The position numbers and the translations under genes are program-made. From a virus (Duplodnaviria > Heunggongvirae > Uroviricota > Caudoviricetes), in the IMG/VR virus record IMGVR_UViG_3300002220_000285: a DNA stretch of 64,000 bases. One strand, given 5' to 3'. Under the pieces are notes generated by a model. It did no database searches, was not told where the DNA came from, and saw only the letters and a program-made list of their open reading frames with translations. Of this stretch, positions 8,213 through 17,069 are shown piece by piece; within the stretch, counting starts at the first letter, position 1, and every line of letters starts with the position of its first letter.

Positions 8213-8742
8213 CCGATGACCCCATCAGCCGCATCGAGGCGGCGCTGGAAGCCAATCCGACTCCGGGGCCGTGGCACTACAAAGAATGGGGCTCAGAAAT
8301 CGTCGACAGTGGAGTCGGATCGAGCCAACTGCTCATCGCCAAGGTTGCTGTGAATACCTTCAGGGACCAAGGGCGGCACAACGCCGACTTCATCGCCGCC
8401 TGCAACCCGACCGCCATCCGCACCCTGCTCGACCGACTCAAGGCTGCGGAGGCGGAGAACGAGCGGCTGCGCGCCGAGCTTGCCGAGTCACGCACGCCGA
8501 CGATGTTTTGGGACGCGGACGCTGGCAGTGAAGGCTATCTTGGCTTCACTTTGCAGGAGGCCGTCGAGGATGCGTGCGACTCGATGGGTCGGATGGATGA
8601 CCCGTATGAACTCGAAGTCTCATGCGCTCGCGCACTGCCCGGCATCAAGGTCCGCGCGTGGATCGACGATAAGGACAATCTGCAGTGGGATGAGGTCGAA
8701 GACGCCGCCATGCGCAAGGAGGGCGACGATGCCGATCTTTGA
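8209..8742 (+). CDS. hypothetical protein (177 aa), Ead/Ea22-like N-terminus (PGPWHY)
   Basis: ATGA overlap; N-terminal motif recalled from phage Ead/Ea22-like proteins; coiled-coil middle. Confidence 0.5.
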   Translation: MTDDPISRIEAALEANPTPGPWHYKEWGSEIVDSGVGSSQLLIAKVAVNTFRDQGRHNADFIAACNPTAIRTLLDRLKAAEAENERLRAELAESRTPTMFWDADAGSEGYLGFTLQEAVEDACDSMGRMDDPYELEVSCARALPGIKVRAWIDDKDNLQWDEVEDAAMRKEGDDADL

Positions 8743-8983
8743 AATCCAAATCGAAACCGTCGCGGTCGTCATTGCTGAAGATGCTGCCCACGCCGTCGAG
8801 ATCGTCTCTGATGAAATGCTCCAGATCGTTTCGGATGCGATCGGCTCGTCCCTCGAGGTCCACTCGGGAACCGAAATCGAAAGCCTCGACGAGCTGCCGA
8901 GAGGCTGGGACCCCATGTGCATTCCTTACGGCGGGGACGGGGACACCCGCCTCAAGGACCTCTTACCCGAAACCCAACCCTAA
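8729..8983 (+). CDS. hypothetical acidic protein (84 aa)
   Basis: ATG after AAGGAGG; internal start of track ORF 8480..8983; TAA in palindrome. Confidence 0.5.
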   Translation: MPIFEIQIETVAVVIAEDAAHAVEIVSDEMLQIVSDAIGSSLEVHSGTEIESLDELPRGWDPMCIPYGGDGDTRLKDLLPETQP

Positions 8984-8992
8984 CCGTTAGGG
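8978..8992. repeat. intergenic palindrome CCCTAACCGTTAGGG
   Basis: Exact copy. Confidence 0.6.
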
Positions 8993-9001
8993 AGGACTCC
9001 A

Positions 9002-9418
9002 ATGCTGCTCATCATCCGCGGCCTACCCGGTTCGGGTAAGTCGACGCTGGCTCGCGCCCTGTGCGAGGCAACCCCAGGAGCCAGACGCTACGAGGCTGAC
9101 GACTTCTTCTATAAGGAAGGCGAGTACCACTACGTCTCCTCCTACATCAAGCAGGCGCACAAGACCTGCCTCTACAACGTCAGGTACTCGCTGGAAAACC
9201 GGGCGCCGCTCGTCATCGTCTCCAACACCTTCCGCGAGGCGTGGGAAATGCGCCCGTATGCGGCCCTGGCTCGAGAACTCGAGGTCGATCTGCAACTGAT
9301 CGAGGTTCAGGGGAACTGGCCTTCGATTCACGCGCCGGATGAGGTTCGGCAACGGATGGCAGCCACCTGGCAGAAGGTGACGCTGACCGCGGACAAGCAC
9401 ATTCAACCGAGGAAATGA
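9002..9418 (+). CDS. P-loop NTPase / AAA_33-like kinase (possible polynucleotide or nucleotide kinase)
   Basis: Walker A GLPGSGKST at N-terminus, small single-domain protein. Confidence 0.6.
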   Translation: MLLIIRGLPGSGKSTLARALCEATPGARRYEADDFFYKEGEYHYVSSYIKQAHKTCLYNVRYSLENRAPLVIVSNTFREAWEMRPYAALARELEVDLQLIEVQGNWPSIHAPDEVRQRMAATWQKVTLTADKHIQPRK

Positions 9419-9419
9419 C

Positions 9420-9728
9420 ATGAGCCTAGTTCATCGGCAGTTTCTGTCCTACCCACACCACGACTTGCCTGCGATCCCCGTGGGCTGGGTGGACGATTCA
9501 TGGCACAACGACCACTGCCCGAGCTGGATCGTCGGGGAGTACCGCGACGATCTGGTCAAGGTCTACATCGACTGGCCTGAAGTGGAGGCTCGCTTGTCAC
9601 CCAGCGCCATGCGTTATTCAGTCGTGCTCGACTACAACTCTGGTGACGGGGTCTGGGAGGAGTTTGAAACCTTCGCGGAGGTGCGTGACTACCTGAAACA
9701 GTTCGACATCACCCCGTATTACCCCTAA
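9420..9728 (+). CDS. hypothetical protein (102 aa)
   Basis: ATG 2 nt after upstream stop; TAA stop in palindrome variant. Confidence 0.55.
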   Translation: MSLVHRQFLSYPHHDLPAIPVGWVDDSWHNDHCPSWIVGEYRDDLVKVYIDWPEVEARLSPSAMRYSVVLDYNSGDGVWEEFETFAEVRDYLKQFDITPYYP

Positions 9729-9737
9729 CAGTTAGGG
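9723..9737. repeat. intergenic palindrome variant CCCTAACAGTTAGGG
   Basis: Centre base changed. Confidence 0.5.
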
Positions 9738-9750
9738 ACCACTTCTGGAG

Positions 9751-10041
9751 ATGCCCGTGTTTGAGAAGCTGATGATTGTGTCGAGCAGTCACGTGACCAG
9801 CAATACCGCGGAGTGGATGGACACCAAGATCGGCGGAATGACGCTGCCAGGTGCCCCGTTCAAAGAGGAAGGTTGGATCGTCGACCTCTCGGAGTTGGCA
9901 GACAAGTCTGACCTGCCGCACTGCCTTGCCCAGCTTGTCGATATCGCCCGAGCCGGGGATGCCAGCTTCCTGTTCCTGAGTGAGTCAGGGTCCAGGTTGC
10001 CTGAACTGCCCGTGTACACGTGGGGCAAGAACTTTCCCTAA
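9751..10041 (+). CDS. hypothetical protein (96 aa)
   Basis: ATG after CTTCTGGAGATG leader. Confidence 0.55.
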   Translation: MPVFEKLMIVSSSHVTSNTAEWMDTKIGGMTLPGAPFKEEGWIVDLSELADKSDLPHCLAQLVDIARAGDASFLFLSESGSRLPELPVYTWGKNFP

Positions 10042-10050
10042 TGGTTAGGG
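10036..10050. repeat. intergenic palindrome variant CCCTAATGGTTAGGG
   Basis: Still a perfect palindrome with altered centre. Confidence 0.5.
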
Positions 10051-10072
10051 ATTCAACTTTTGGAGAGTGTCG

Positions 10073-10477
10073 ATGCAAATCGTTTCATGTGGGGGGCGCG
10101 AGCCTGACCTGATTGGGTTGTCGCTAAAGGAAGCTCACCAGCTCCGAGTGCTGGCTCAAGAGTTGCGTTCCAATCCACCCCCGCAAGGGGAGCGGACCAG
10201 GGAGCTCGGAGAGTGGCTCCACCTGCTGCTCGACTGTGCTGCACCGCTGTGCCTTGCTTCGACGCTGCAGTCTTATGTCGTGCTGTACCGGATCGAGAAG
10301 GAGATGTCCCCGCTTGATCCTCCGCAAGGGTTCCTATGCCAGGCGGAGGACGACGAGCACGCCGAAGAGCAGTGCGAGAACGCCTACCCGAACGCCGGGG
10401 TTCTTTGGGTGTTCGAGGGGGATTCCTACGACGATGCGCTGGATGATTATTACAACGCGACTGGGGAGGCCCTATGA
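10073..10477 (+). CDS. hypothetical acidic protein (134 aa)
   Basis: ATG 7 nt after GGAGAG; track ORF 10067 uses GTG. Confidence 0.55.
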   Translation: MQIVSCGGREPDLIGLSLKEAHQLRVLAQELRSNPPPQGERTRELGEWLHLLLDCAAPLCLASTLQSYVVLYRIEKEMSPLDPPQGFLCQAEDDEHAEEQCENAYPNAGVLWVFEGDSYDDALDDYYNATGEAL

Positions 10478-10932
10478 AAGTCAAAGTCGCTGAGGCCGAG
10501 GGCATCGTCCTCGACTGGCTGGTGGCGAAGTGCGAAGGGTTGACCCCAACGCTACATAAGAACCCATATGGCTATTGGGTGATGCCAAATATCCCTGGTA
10601 GTTACTCGACCGACTGGTCCCTCGGTGGGCCGATCATCGAGAAAGCCAACATCACCATTATCCGCGCAAACGATGAGTATGAGGTGGACGCAAAGGGGCT
10701 CTCCACCAGCAAGCCTATCCCCTGCTGGTTCGCTGAGTGCAGCCGTTGGACCGGGCACTCCCTGACCACCAGCTACGAAGGTGAGAGCATGGAACCAACC
10801 TTCATGATCGGGGAGTTGGATGGCTGTTACGGAGCCACCCCGCTCATCGCAGCCATGCGCTGCCTTTGTTGTAGTAAACTCGGCGATGTTGTAGACATTC
10901 CGGAGGAACTATGCCAGCAGCAAAGAAGTTAG
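10474..10932 (+). CDS. hypothetical protein (152 aa)
   Basis: ATGA overlap. Confidence 0.55.
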   Translation: MKVKVAEAEGIVLDWLVAKCEGLTPTLHKNPYGYWVMPNIPGSYSTDWSLGGPIIEKANITIIRANDEYEVDAKGLSTSKPIPCWFAECSRWTGHSLTTSYEGESMEPTFMIGELDGCYGATPLIAAMRCLCCSKLGDVVDIPEELCQQQRS

Positions 10933-11597
10933 ACGGTCAGGTGTTTGGACGCTTAACGGTGTTAAACCGCAGTGGGAATCTTGGTGGACGGGTCTTATGG
11001 TCATGCCAGTGCGCGTGTGGAAGATTGCATGAAGCAGTCAGTCATGCGCTTACGTCAGGGCATACAAAGTCCTGCGGCTGCTGGAAAGACGAGCGCAACA
11101 CCTCGACACCCTCAATTCACGGACACGCATCACGAGCTAAAGGTATTAGCCCTACCTACCGGACCTGGCAATGCATGATTACTCGCTGCACTAATGTGTC
11201 TGTTAAGTCATACAAAGACTATGGGGCGCGAGGCATATCTGTATATGCAGGTTGGCTAGTGTTTGAGAACTTTCTTGCCGACATGGGTGAGAAACCATCA
11301 GGCATGTCAATTGAGCGTATGGATAACGAAAAGGGCTACGGGCCGGATAACTGCAAGTGGGCCACCAAGATAGAACAGGCGCGAAATACTCGCGCTAACA
11401 AGTTCATCAGCTACAAAGGAAAACGCATGACACAAGCTGAATTCGCAGAGGTTATTGGACATAACCAATCAACAGTAAGTTATCGACTACGTTCCGGATG
11501 GACTCCTGAGCAAGTTGCTAACACACCTGCAAACCCAGGCAACCGTGTGGCCGACAAGCTGGGTGACGAGGTAGACGTCCCTGAGGAGCTGCTATGA
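10911..11597 (+). CDS. HNH-family homing endonuclease-like protein, paralogue 1 (N-terminal CxCxCG zinc motif, C-terminal ...GYGPDNCKWATKIEQARN)
   Basis: Shares FGRLTV / CxCxCG / YxxYGGRGI / NC[KRQ]WAT motifs with ORFs at 35644, 39595, 41748. Confidence 0.65.
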   Translation: MPAAKKLDGQVFGRLTVLNRSGNLGGRVLWSCQCACGRLHEAVSHALTSGHTKSCGCWKDERNTSTPSIHGHASRAKGISPTYRTWQCMITRCTNVSVKSYKDYGARGISVYAGWLVFENFLADMGEKPSGMSIERMDNEKGYGPDNCKWATKIEQARNTRANKFISYKGKRMTQAEFAEVIGHNQSTVSYRLRSGWTPEQVANTPANPGNRVADKLGDEVDVPEELL

Positions 11598-11872
11598 GTC
11601 CCTATGGAACGCTCACCGTCACCTACACCGCTCAGGTTTTTGTTCCCGGTGAGGTGTACGACGCTTTCTACTTCACTCGAGAATTCGGGCGTTTCGCTCG
11701 GAATGTCGCAAAGGACGCCAACAAATTCGGAGAGCTTCTCGACGAGGAGCCTAACGGGGTTCCTTCAGTCCAGTGGGCTGACTTCTTCGTGCGCCGAGAT
11801 GCTGAGGACTTCATCAACAACTGGCACAACCGCATCCTGCAATGGCAGGAAGAGTTGCGCTCAAGGCCCTAA
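11594..11872 (+). CDS. hypothetical protein (92 aa)
   Basis: ATGA overlap with HNH gene stop. Confidence 0.55.
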   Translation: MSPYGTLTVTYTAQVFVPGEVYDAFYFTREFGRFARNVAKDANKFGELLDEEPNGVPSVQWADFFVRRDAEDFINNWHNRILQWQEELRSRP

Positions 11873-11881
11873 CCGTTAGGG
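11867..11881. repeat. intergenic palindrome CCCTAACCGTTAGGG
   Basis: Exact copy; TAA of upstream gene inside. Confidence 0.6.
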
Positions 11882-11901
11882 CTTCTACTTCTGAGGTAGC
11901 T

Positions 11902-12174
11902 ATGACGAACCTTGAACTTCTCGCCCGCGCTGTTGTCGATCGCTGGGATAACGGGGACCTTGCCGAAGCTGTCCGAGAGCTGGCTTACGAAATTGCGAGG
12001 CAGGACGAACTTCGCAGCTCGTTTCAGCAAGAGATCACCCGCCTTCGCAACGCGGGGGAGGTCGAGCTTGATGACGAGCCGCTGATCTCTGAGGCCAACG
12101 AAGGCATCTGGGTTGGCACCTGGACTTGGATCGACCTTGAGAATGAGGAGAACAGTGATGGCGATGCGTATTGA
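11902..12174 (+). CDS. hypothetical acidic protein (90 aa)
   Basis: ATG after TCTACTTCTGAGGTAGCT leader. Confidence 0.5.
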   Translation: MTNLELLARAVVDRWDNGDLAEAVRELAYEIARQDELRSSFQQEITRLRNAGEVELDDEPLISEANEGIWVGTWTWIDLENEENSDGDAY

Positions 12175-12547
12175 CATCTTCGGGAGCTACGACCGTGAGC
12201 TTACTGAGGCGGAGGCCGATGCTTTTCAGAACCACCTCAGAACCTACTACTGCTACAGCTCGCCAACCGACGAGGTGACAGAGCGCTCCTTTTCCCTGCT
12301 CTACTGCTCTAACGACGACCTGCTCGCCTTGCAGATTGGCATCAATGATTGGTTGCCGCCTGACGTCACTGCCACTCTCGAGATTCACTATACCGAGTGC
12401 GAGGAGCCTGGAATCGAATTCGAGTTCCACGGCCCCAAGGACCTGATTCTTGAGTACGACTTCCTACAGGAGAAGATCGCGGACCTTGAGGAACAAAAAA
12501 TGAGAGTGCTCAGGCTTATTGCAGAACGGACGATCCCGATCGGCTGA
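12158..12547 (+). CDS. hypothetical protein (129 aa)
   Basis: ATG 7 nt after GAGGAG, overlaps upstream gene by 17 nt. Confidence 0.5.
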   Translation: MAMRIDIFGSYDRELTEAEADAFQNHLRTYYCYSSPTDEVTERSFSLLYCSNDDLLALQIGINDWLPPDVTATLEIHYTECEEPGIEFEFHGPKDLILEYDFLQEKIADLEEQKMRVLRLIAERTIPIG

Positions 12548-12548
12548 C

Positions 12549-12563
12549 CCCTAATCGTTAGGG
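12549..12563. repeat. intergenic palindrome variant CCCTAATCGTTAGGG
   Basis: One-base variant. Confidence 0.5.
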
Positions 12564-12583
12564 ACCTACTTTTGGAGAGGAAC

Positions 12584-12994
12584 ATGAAACCTTCTGGACA
12601 TGAATTCTGGCTGTGCCAGGACTGCGTGCAGGTTGCCGTCAACGGGGATTACAGCGGGATCGACTACTACGCGAAGAACGAAGCCGAAGCGAGTGACATC
12701 GTTCACCGCATTGACAAGGGTCTCGCGGCACTTGGTCCCAACCTTGTCCCGGACTTCTGGGACTCTAGCGAACCCCGCTACAGGTGTGAGGACTGCGACC
12801 ATGAGTTCGACCTGGCTGACGCACAGAGAGTCGAGGATGAGGACGGGTACATCTGTATCGCCTGCCCGGAATGCAAGAGCTTGGACACCAACGAGCGCGA
12901 CTATGGAGAGGAGGAGTTCTCCTACAGGGAATGCGACTGCTGCGGGGAAGACCTTGCTGGTTACCGCTTTCGATTCACAACCCTGATCCCCTAA
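12584..12994 (+). CDS. Cys-rich zinc-ribbon protein (136 aa; 4+ CxxC pairs)
   Basis: CQDC, CEDCDHEF, CIACPEC, CDCCGED motifs; ATG after CCTACTTTTGGAGAGG leader. Confidence 0.55.
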   Translation: MKPSGHEFWLCQDCVQVAVNGDYSGIDYYAKNEAEASDIVHRIDKGLAALGPNLVPDFWDSSEPRYRCEDCDHEFDLADAQRVEDEDGYICIACPECKSLDTNERDYGEEEFSYRECDCCGEDLAGYRFRFTTLIP

Positions 12995-13003
12995 CCGTTA
13001 GGG
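12989..13003. repeat. intergenic palindrome CCCTAACCGTTAGGG
   Basis: Exact copy. Confidence 0.6.
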
Positions 13004-13022
13004 ACTACTTGAGGAGAGCAGT

Positions 13023-13574
13023 ATGGGATGGACCTGCACCTACAAACCGAGCGATCTGTCGATGCTCGAGTTCTTTCAACGCGAAGGCGCTCTGACCTGG
13101 AGCGCTGATTCCCCCAACAAGTACCGAGTGCTGGACAGTGGAACCGTGGCGAGGACCACGTTCTACGCCGCGGTCGAGCGCATCGATCCGGAGGGCAAGC
13201 GGGATGTGTTCGCCCTGATCTTCCTGCTGCGTTGGACGACCGGGCATCACAACCTTTGCTACAAGGATATGGACGAGACGATGGGACCGCTCGAGGCCCG
13301 CTGCCCGGAGCGCATCCTTGACCTGCTGACGCCCACTGACAACGAGTATGCGAATCAATGGCGTCACGACTGCCGCCATTACCACGCCAAGAGGAAGAAG
13401 ACGAAGACTTTGAAGGAAGGCCAGGTTCTTCAATACGGAGGCAAGTCGTACAAGCTGCTTCGCAGCCTGGGGCGCCGCGGGTGGGAGGTCCAGCTTGTCA
13501 CCTCGCCGTTCACTGCCTACCGGATGAAGACGTCTCAGCTTGTGCAGTGTGACCTTATCTCAACGGAGGTGTGA
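13023..13574 (+). CDS. hypothetical protein (183 aa)
   Basis: ATG after GAGGAGAG. Confidence 0.55.
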   Translation: MGWTCTYKPSDLSMLEFFQREGALTWSADSPNKYRVLDSGTVARTTFYAAVERIDPEGKRDVFALIFLLRWTTGHHNLCYKDMDETMGPLEARCPERILDLLTPTDNEYANQWRHDCRHYHAKRKKTKTLKEGQVLQYGGKSYKLLRSLGRRGWEVQLVTSPFTAYRMKTSQLVQCDLISTEV

Positions 13575-13575
13575 C

Positions 13576-13863
13576 ATGAAGAAGATGATCGCTGCACTAG
13601 CTGTATTCCTCGCCAGTAGTGCTTCCGCAACCGAGGTGGTTGCATACTGGTTCCTGCCCTCAGGGCATTCGATCTCTATCCATACGGGGCAGCTCCTCTG
13701 CAAGGATGGGAGGAATGACGCAATGGCTACCCACCCTAACGGCTCTGTTCTAACCGGGTGTTGGAGGATTGCAGTCAAGGATGGAAAGAAGCAATTGTTG
13801 ATTCAGTTACACGGAGACGAAGAGAGGGCGTATGACGCCCTGCGTTTCACGATTGTCGAATAA
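13576..13863 (+). CDS. small secreted protein with Sec signal peptide (MKKMIAALAVFLASSASA|TE)
   Basis: N-terminal signal peptide with AxA site; internal start of track ORF 13540..13863 after GGAGGTG. Confidence 0.55.
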   Translation: MKKMIAALAVFLASSASATEVVAYWFLPSGHSISIHTGQLLCKDGRNDAMATHPNGSVLTGCWRIAVKDGKKQLLIQLHGDEERAYDALRFTIVE

Positions 13864-13866
13864 CTG

Positions 13867-13881
13867 CCCTAATCGTTAGGG
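13867..13881. repeat. intergenic palindrome variant CCCTAATCGTTAGGG
   Basis: One-base variant, followed by ATCTACTTTTGGAGAGC leader. Confidence 0.5.
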
Positions 13882-13901
13882 ATCTACTTTTGGAGAGCAA
13901 C

Positions 13902-14138
13902 ATGGCAAAGACCTACAACGGCCACCCCAACTGGAATCACTGGAACGTGAGCCTGTGGATCAACAACGACGAGGGCTTGTACGGCCTCGCTCGTGACTGT
14001 GTTCGGCAGAGCCGACGTAATCGGACCGTGGCAGTCGAGATGATGCTCGACATGCTGCAAGAGATGGGCACGACACACACTCCGGATGGGGCGCCCTACA
14101 GCAAGACGACGATCCGTCACGCGATGAAGGAGATGTGA
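13902..14138 (+). CDS. hypothetical protein (78 aa)
   Basis: ATG 7 nt after GGAGAG. Confidence 0.5.
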   Translation: MAKTYNGHPNWNHWNVSLWINNDEGLYGLARDCVRQSRRNRTVAVEMMLDMLQEMGTTHTPDGAPYSKTTIRHAMKEM

Positions 14139-14139
14139 G

Positions 14140-14424
14140 ATGAGTGAAGTTGTAGGCCCGCTGAAGCTGTTGTCCATCGACGCCTGGCGAGATGGGGAAG
14201 GCGGATGGAACTGGAACAACTTCTTCCTGCTGGAGGAGGGCATCTTCCTGACTGACCCGACACCCCGCAAGGTCCTGAGGTTCCTGCGGAACGCAGGCTT
14301 CCTGACGGACTTCTCGAAAGGTCTGCTGCGTGTGGATTTCTACCCCTCTTACGACGGAACGCTGATCGAGATTCAGCACCGGCATACGTTCGAGCCGGTG
14401 CTGGCCCTGAGCGACATTCACTGA
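14140..14424 (+). CDS. hypothetical protein (94 aa)
   Basis: ATG 2 nt after upstream stop. Confidence 0.5.
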   Translation: MSEVVGPLKLLSIDAWRDGEGGWNWNNFFLLEEGIFLTDPTPRKVLRFLRNAGFLTDFSKGLLRVDFYPSYDGTLIEIQHRHTFEPVLALSDIH

Positions 14425-14448
14425 TCACTCTACTTCTGGAGAGAAAGC

Positions 14449-15096
14449 ATGGACGACATTATTCGTATTGACGAGAATTTCCCGGACTGCACGGCGATCG
14501 TTACCGATGTCTGGCTCGAGCGCGTGCTGGGCGAGCCGCTGGAGCTGAGCGACGAGAACGGGTTCGGGAACTTCGCACCGGGCCAGTGGCTCATGCAGTG
14601 CGTCAACACGATCAAGGGAATGATCGAGGATCACGAAGGGCGCGAATACCGAGTGACTGAGGTGCAGAACACGTACAACAGCGAGAACGACTTCTCGGAT
14701 GACTTCCAGTTCGCGGTGTTCTACCCGGCTGACGCGAGTGACTGGGTTTACGCAGACGATGTCTACGTGGCGGTCGAGCCTCACCTGGGCGGGGACCCCC
14801 GCGGCAACTACGGGAACATTCGGATTTACAAATCTGGGGACCTTGTAGACGGGGGGTTCTTCGATTGGTGCCTCGGGTGGTCGGTCAACTACATCGACGA
14901 CGGGGAATCTGTCCCCGAGGTCGAACGGTTCTCGATCGGCTACGCCAGCTACCCGTTCGCTGAACTTGAAAAGCACCTGATCCCGAGAGACGGTGAGAGC
15001 TGGCCCCGCCTCGAATGGGAGAAGGAGAACGAGCGCATCGTCGCTCTCTACATGGACGGACGAGAAGTCGCCGTGTATCCGTACATTAACGTCTGA
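14449..15096 (+). CDS. hypothetical acidic protein (215 aa)
   Basis: ATG after CTACTTCTGGAGAGAAAGC leader. Confidence 0.55.
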   Translation: MDDIIRIDENFPDCTAIVTDVWLERVLGEPLELSDENGFGNFAPGQWLMQCVNTIKGMIEDHEGREYRVTEVQNTYNSENDFSDDFQFAVFYPADASDWVYADDVYVAVEPHLGGDPRGNYGNIRIYKSGDLVDGGFFDWCLGWSVNYIDDGESVPEVERFSIGYASYPFAELEKHLIPRDGESWPRLEWEKENERIVALYMDGREVAVYPYINV

Positions 15097-15106
15097 GGAA
15101 TCAGTG

Positions 15107-15493
15107 ATGAAGATGACGCCTGAGCAACTGCAAAACGAACTCGCTTACTACACCGGCACCGAGGCCTATCACAAGTTCTCGATCACTCGAGATGTGTGTA
15201 CGGACGGGGTGCTTTTCCTCGCCAAGGAGGCTGGCGCCTTCTGGCTGCTCGAGCAGATCGTGCTCAAGCTGAGGGAGGAGAGCTACGTTGAGAAGGACTA
15301 CTTCGCAGTTGTGAATGTCAAGGTCGAGGATAACAAGGCTCGAATTCAGTTCGAGGACGGGGACGAACACGTTTTCGCAGTCGTCTACGTTGACTACACC
15401 GACTTCCCTCTGCCAGAATGCAAGCTCTTTGCAATCTGGCAGGAAGAGACGAAGCCTGGATCGTGGCTTCTGCTCCTGCCTAGCGAGTACTGA
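15107..15493 (+). CDS. hypothetical protein (128 aa)
   Basis: ATG after GAGGAA; internal start of track ORF 14993..15493. Confidence 0.5.
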   Translation: MKMTPEQLQNELAYYTGTEAYHKFSITRDVCTDGVLFLAKEAGAFWLLEQIVLKLREESYVEKDYFAVVNVKVEDNKARIQFEDGDEHVFAVVYVDYTDFPLPECKLFAIWQEETKPGSWLLLLPSEY

Positions 15494-16049
15494 CCAATGA
15501 GTATGAGCGCACCATAGTCAACGAGTGAATCATCAAGACCGTGAGAACCAGGCTTGCCGAATGAGGCATGAAGACTGTGAGCACCAAGCTTTCCGAACGA
15601 GTCACACCAATCGACAGCTCCAAAAGGAGAGAACGAGTCACAGAACCAGACAGAACCGTGAAGGAAGAACGAGCCGACTCGGCAGATAGCAACACACGCT
15701 GGATGCGAACCCTAGATTCTGAGAGAACCCATATCGGTGAGTGAGACAGCGATACTGATAGAACCCCGGCTGAAGATCGAATCGCCACGCTGAGCAGAAC
15801 CAAACAGCACGAATGAGCCAACTACCCGAGAGAACCAAACGCGAAGCGAACCCTAATGCTTAGGGAACCATCGTGAGTAGTGAGTCAACGTAGACGAGAG
15901 CACCTAGTACAAGGATCGAGACGAGCTGCAAGAAAGGACCACAAAGCCAGATCGAGACAGCGCTGTAGACAGAAACAAAAGACCTGATCGAACCTAATTA
16001 CCGATAGCACCAGACCGGGCGAGTGAATCACCTACTTTTGGAGTAACGA
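15494..16049 (+). other. 556-bp non-coding, purine-rich/T-poor, stop-codon-rich segment with AGAACC iteron-like repeats (candidate ncRNA, origin or partition site)
   Basis: No plus-strand ORF; frequent TGA/TAG in all frames; AGAACC or GAACC about 10 times; GTGAG motifs; contains palindrome variant at 15851. Confidence 0.45.
15851..15865. repeat. intergenic palindrome variant CCCTAATGCTTAGGG
   Basis: 6-bp arms with 3-nt centre inside the non-coding segment. Confidence 0.45.
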
Positions 16050-17060
16050 ATGAGCTTCCCTAGCAACCCCTTCAATACTGCCACCATCCCCTTCGACCTC
16101 GAGCCTGTCCAGCGGCTCACCAAGGACCTCAAAACTGCGGCGCGCACCCTGCACGACGACGAGGCTCGATTCCTGGTCGACTACTACTACATCGCACAAG
16201 AAGACCGGAAGCGTTCCGGCAATCAGGTCCTCGCCCTCGGCGACAACTCGGAACCCAACTCGGTTCTCAAGTGGTTGTTCGACCAGTCGGCGAGCCTTGA
16301 GGATCAAATCAAGAAGGCCTTGGATTCCTACACCCAGTCTCACCCAATGGGCGCCTGGATGCGCAGCATCTACGGCATCGGTCCGGTGATCTCAGCGGGC
16401 CTGCTGGCGAACATCGACATCGAGCAGGCGCCGACCGTGGGTCACATCTGGAGGTTCGCAGGTTTGGACCCCACCGTCATCTGGAAGAAGACAGAGGACG
16501 TTGAGAAGGACGTCGCCGCGGTCAAGGAGATGGACGAGGTTGCCATCATCCGCCTTGCCAAGGAGTACGGACGGAACCCGGAAAACCTGATCAAGCGGTC
16601 CCGCAACGATAAGGGAGAACTTGACCGCAAGGAGCTGAAGCGCGCCCTTGCCATGCGTCCGTGGAACGCCTCGCTCAAAACTTTGCTTTGGAAGGCTGGG
16701 CAAAGCTTTATGAAGTTCTCAGGCCGGGACGAGTGCGTCTACGGCAAGGTCTACCTGAAGCGCAAGGCCTATGAGATCGAGCGCAATGAGGCAGGTGGTA
16801 ATGCTGTGGCGGCTGCGGCCGGGGCCAAACGTGTCGGCAAGTCTACCGATGCCTACGGTCACTACAGCAACGGCAAGCTGCCGCCCGCGCAGATTGATGC
16901 TCGAGCGCGGCGCTATGCGGTCAAGTTGTTCGTCGCTCACCTGCATGACGCCTGGTATCGGATTCACTTCGAGAAGGAGCCGCCGCTGCCGTACCCGATC
17001 GCCATCCTGGGTCACGCCCACCTGATTACCCACGAAGACCTGAACAGGAAAGCTGCATAA
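16050..17060 (+). CDS. helix-hairpin-helix DNA-binding protein (336 aa); HhH segment resembles IS110-family transposase C-terminal region but lacks RuvC/DEDD and SG catalytic motifs
   Basis: SIYGIGPVISAGLLANI...RFAGLDP matches the GIGP..A..L.AEI...F...GL.P HhH pattern; ATG after CCTACTTTTGGAGTAACGA leader. Confidence 0.55.
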   Translation: MSFPSNPFNTATIPFDLEPVQRLTKDLKTAARTLHDDEARFLVDYYYIAQEDRKRSGNQVLALGDNSEPNSVLKWLFDQSASLEDQIKKALDSYTQSHPMGAWMRSIYGIGPVISAGLLANIDIEQAPTVGHIWRFAGLDPTVIWKKTEDVEKDVAAVKEMDEVAIIRLAKEYGRNPENLIKRSRNDKGELDRKELKRALAMRPWNASLKTLLWKAGQSFMKFSGRDECVYGKVYLKRKAYEIERNEAGGNAVAAAAGAKRVGKSTDAYGHYSNGKLPPAQIDARARRYAVKLFVAHLHDAWYRIHFEKEPPLPYPIAILGHAHLITHEDLNRKAA

Positions 17061-17069
17061 GGAGAGAAC

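Noticed and set aside
16050-17060. Calling the 336-aa protein an IS110-family transposase or insertion sequence
   Set aside because: Only the helix-hairpin-helix segment resembles the IS110 C-terminal domain. No RuvC-like DEDD N-terminal domain, no SG catalytic motif, and no terminal inverted repeats or target duplications are visible.
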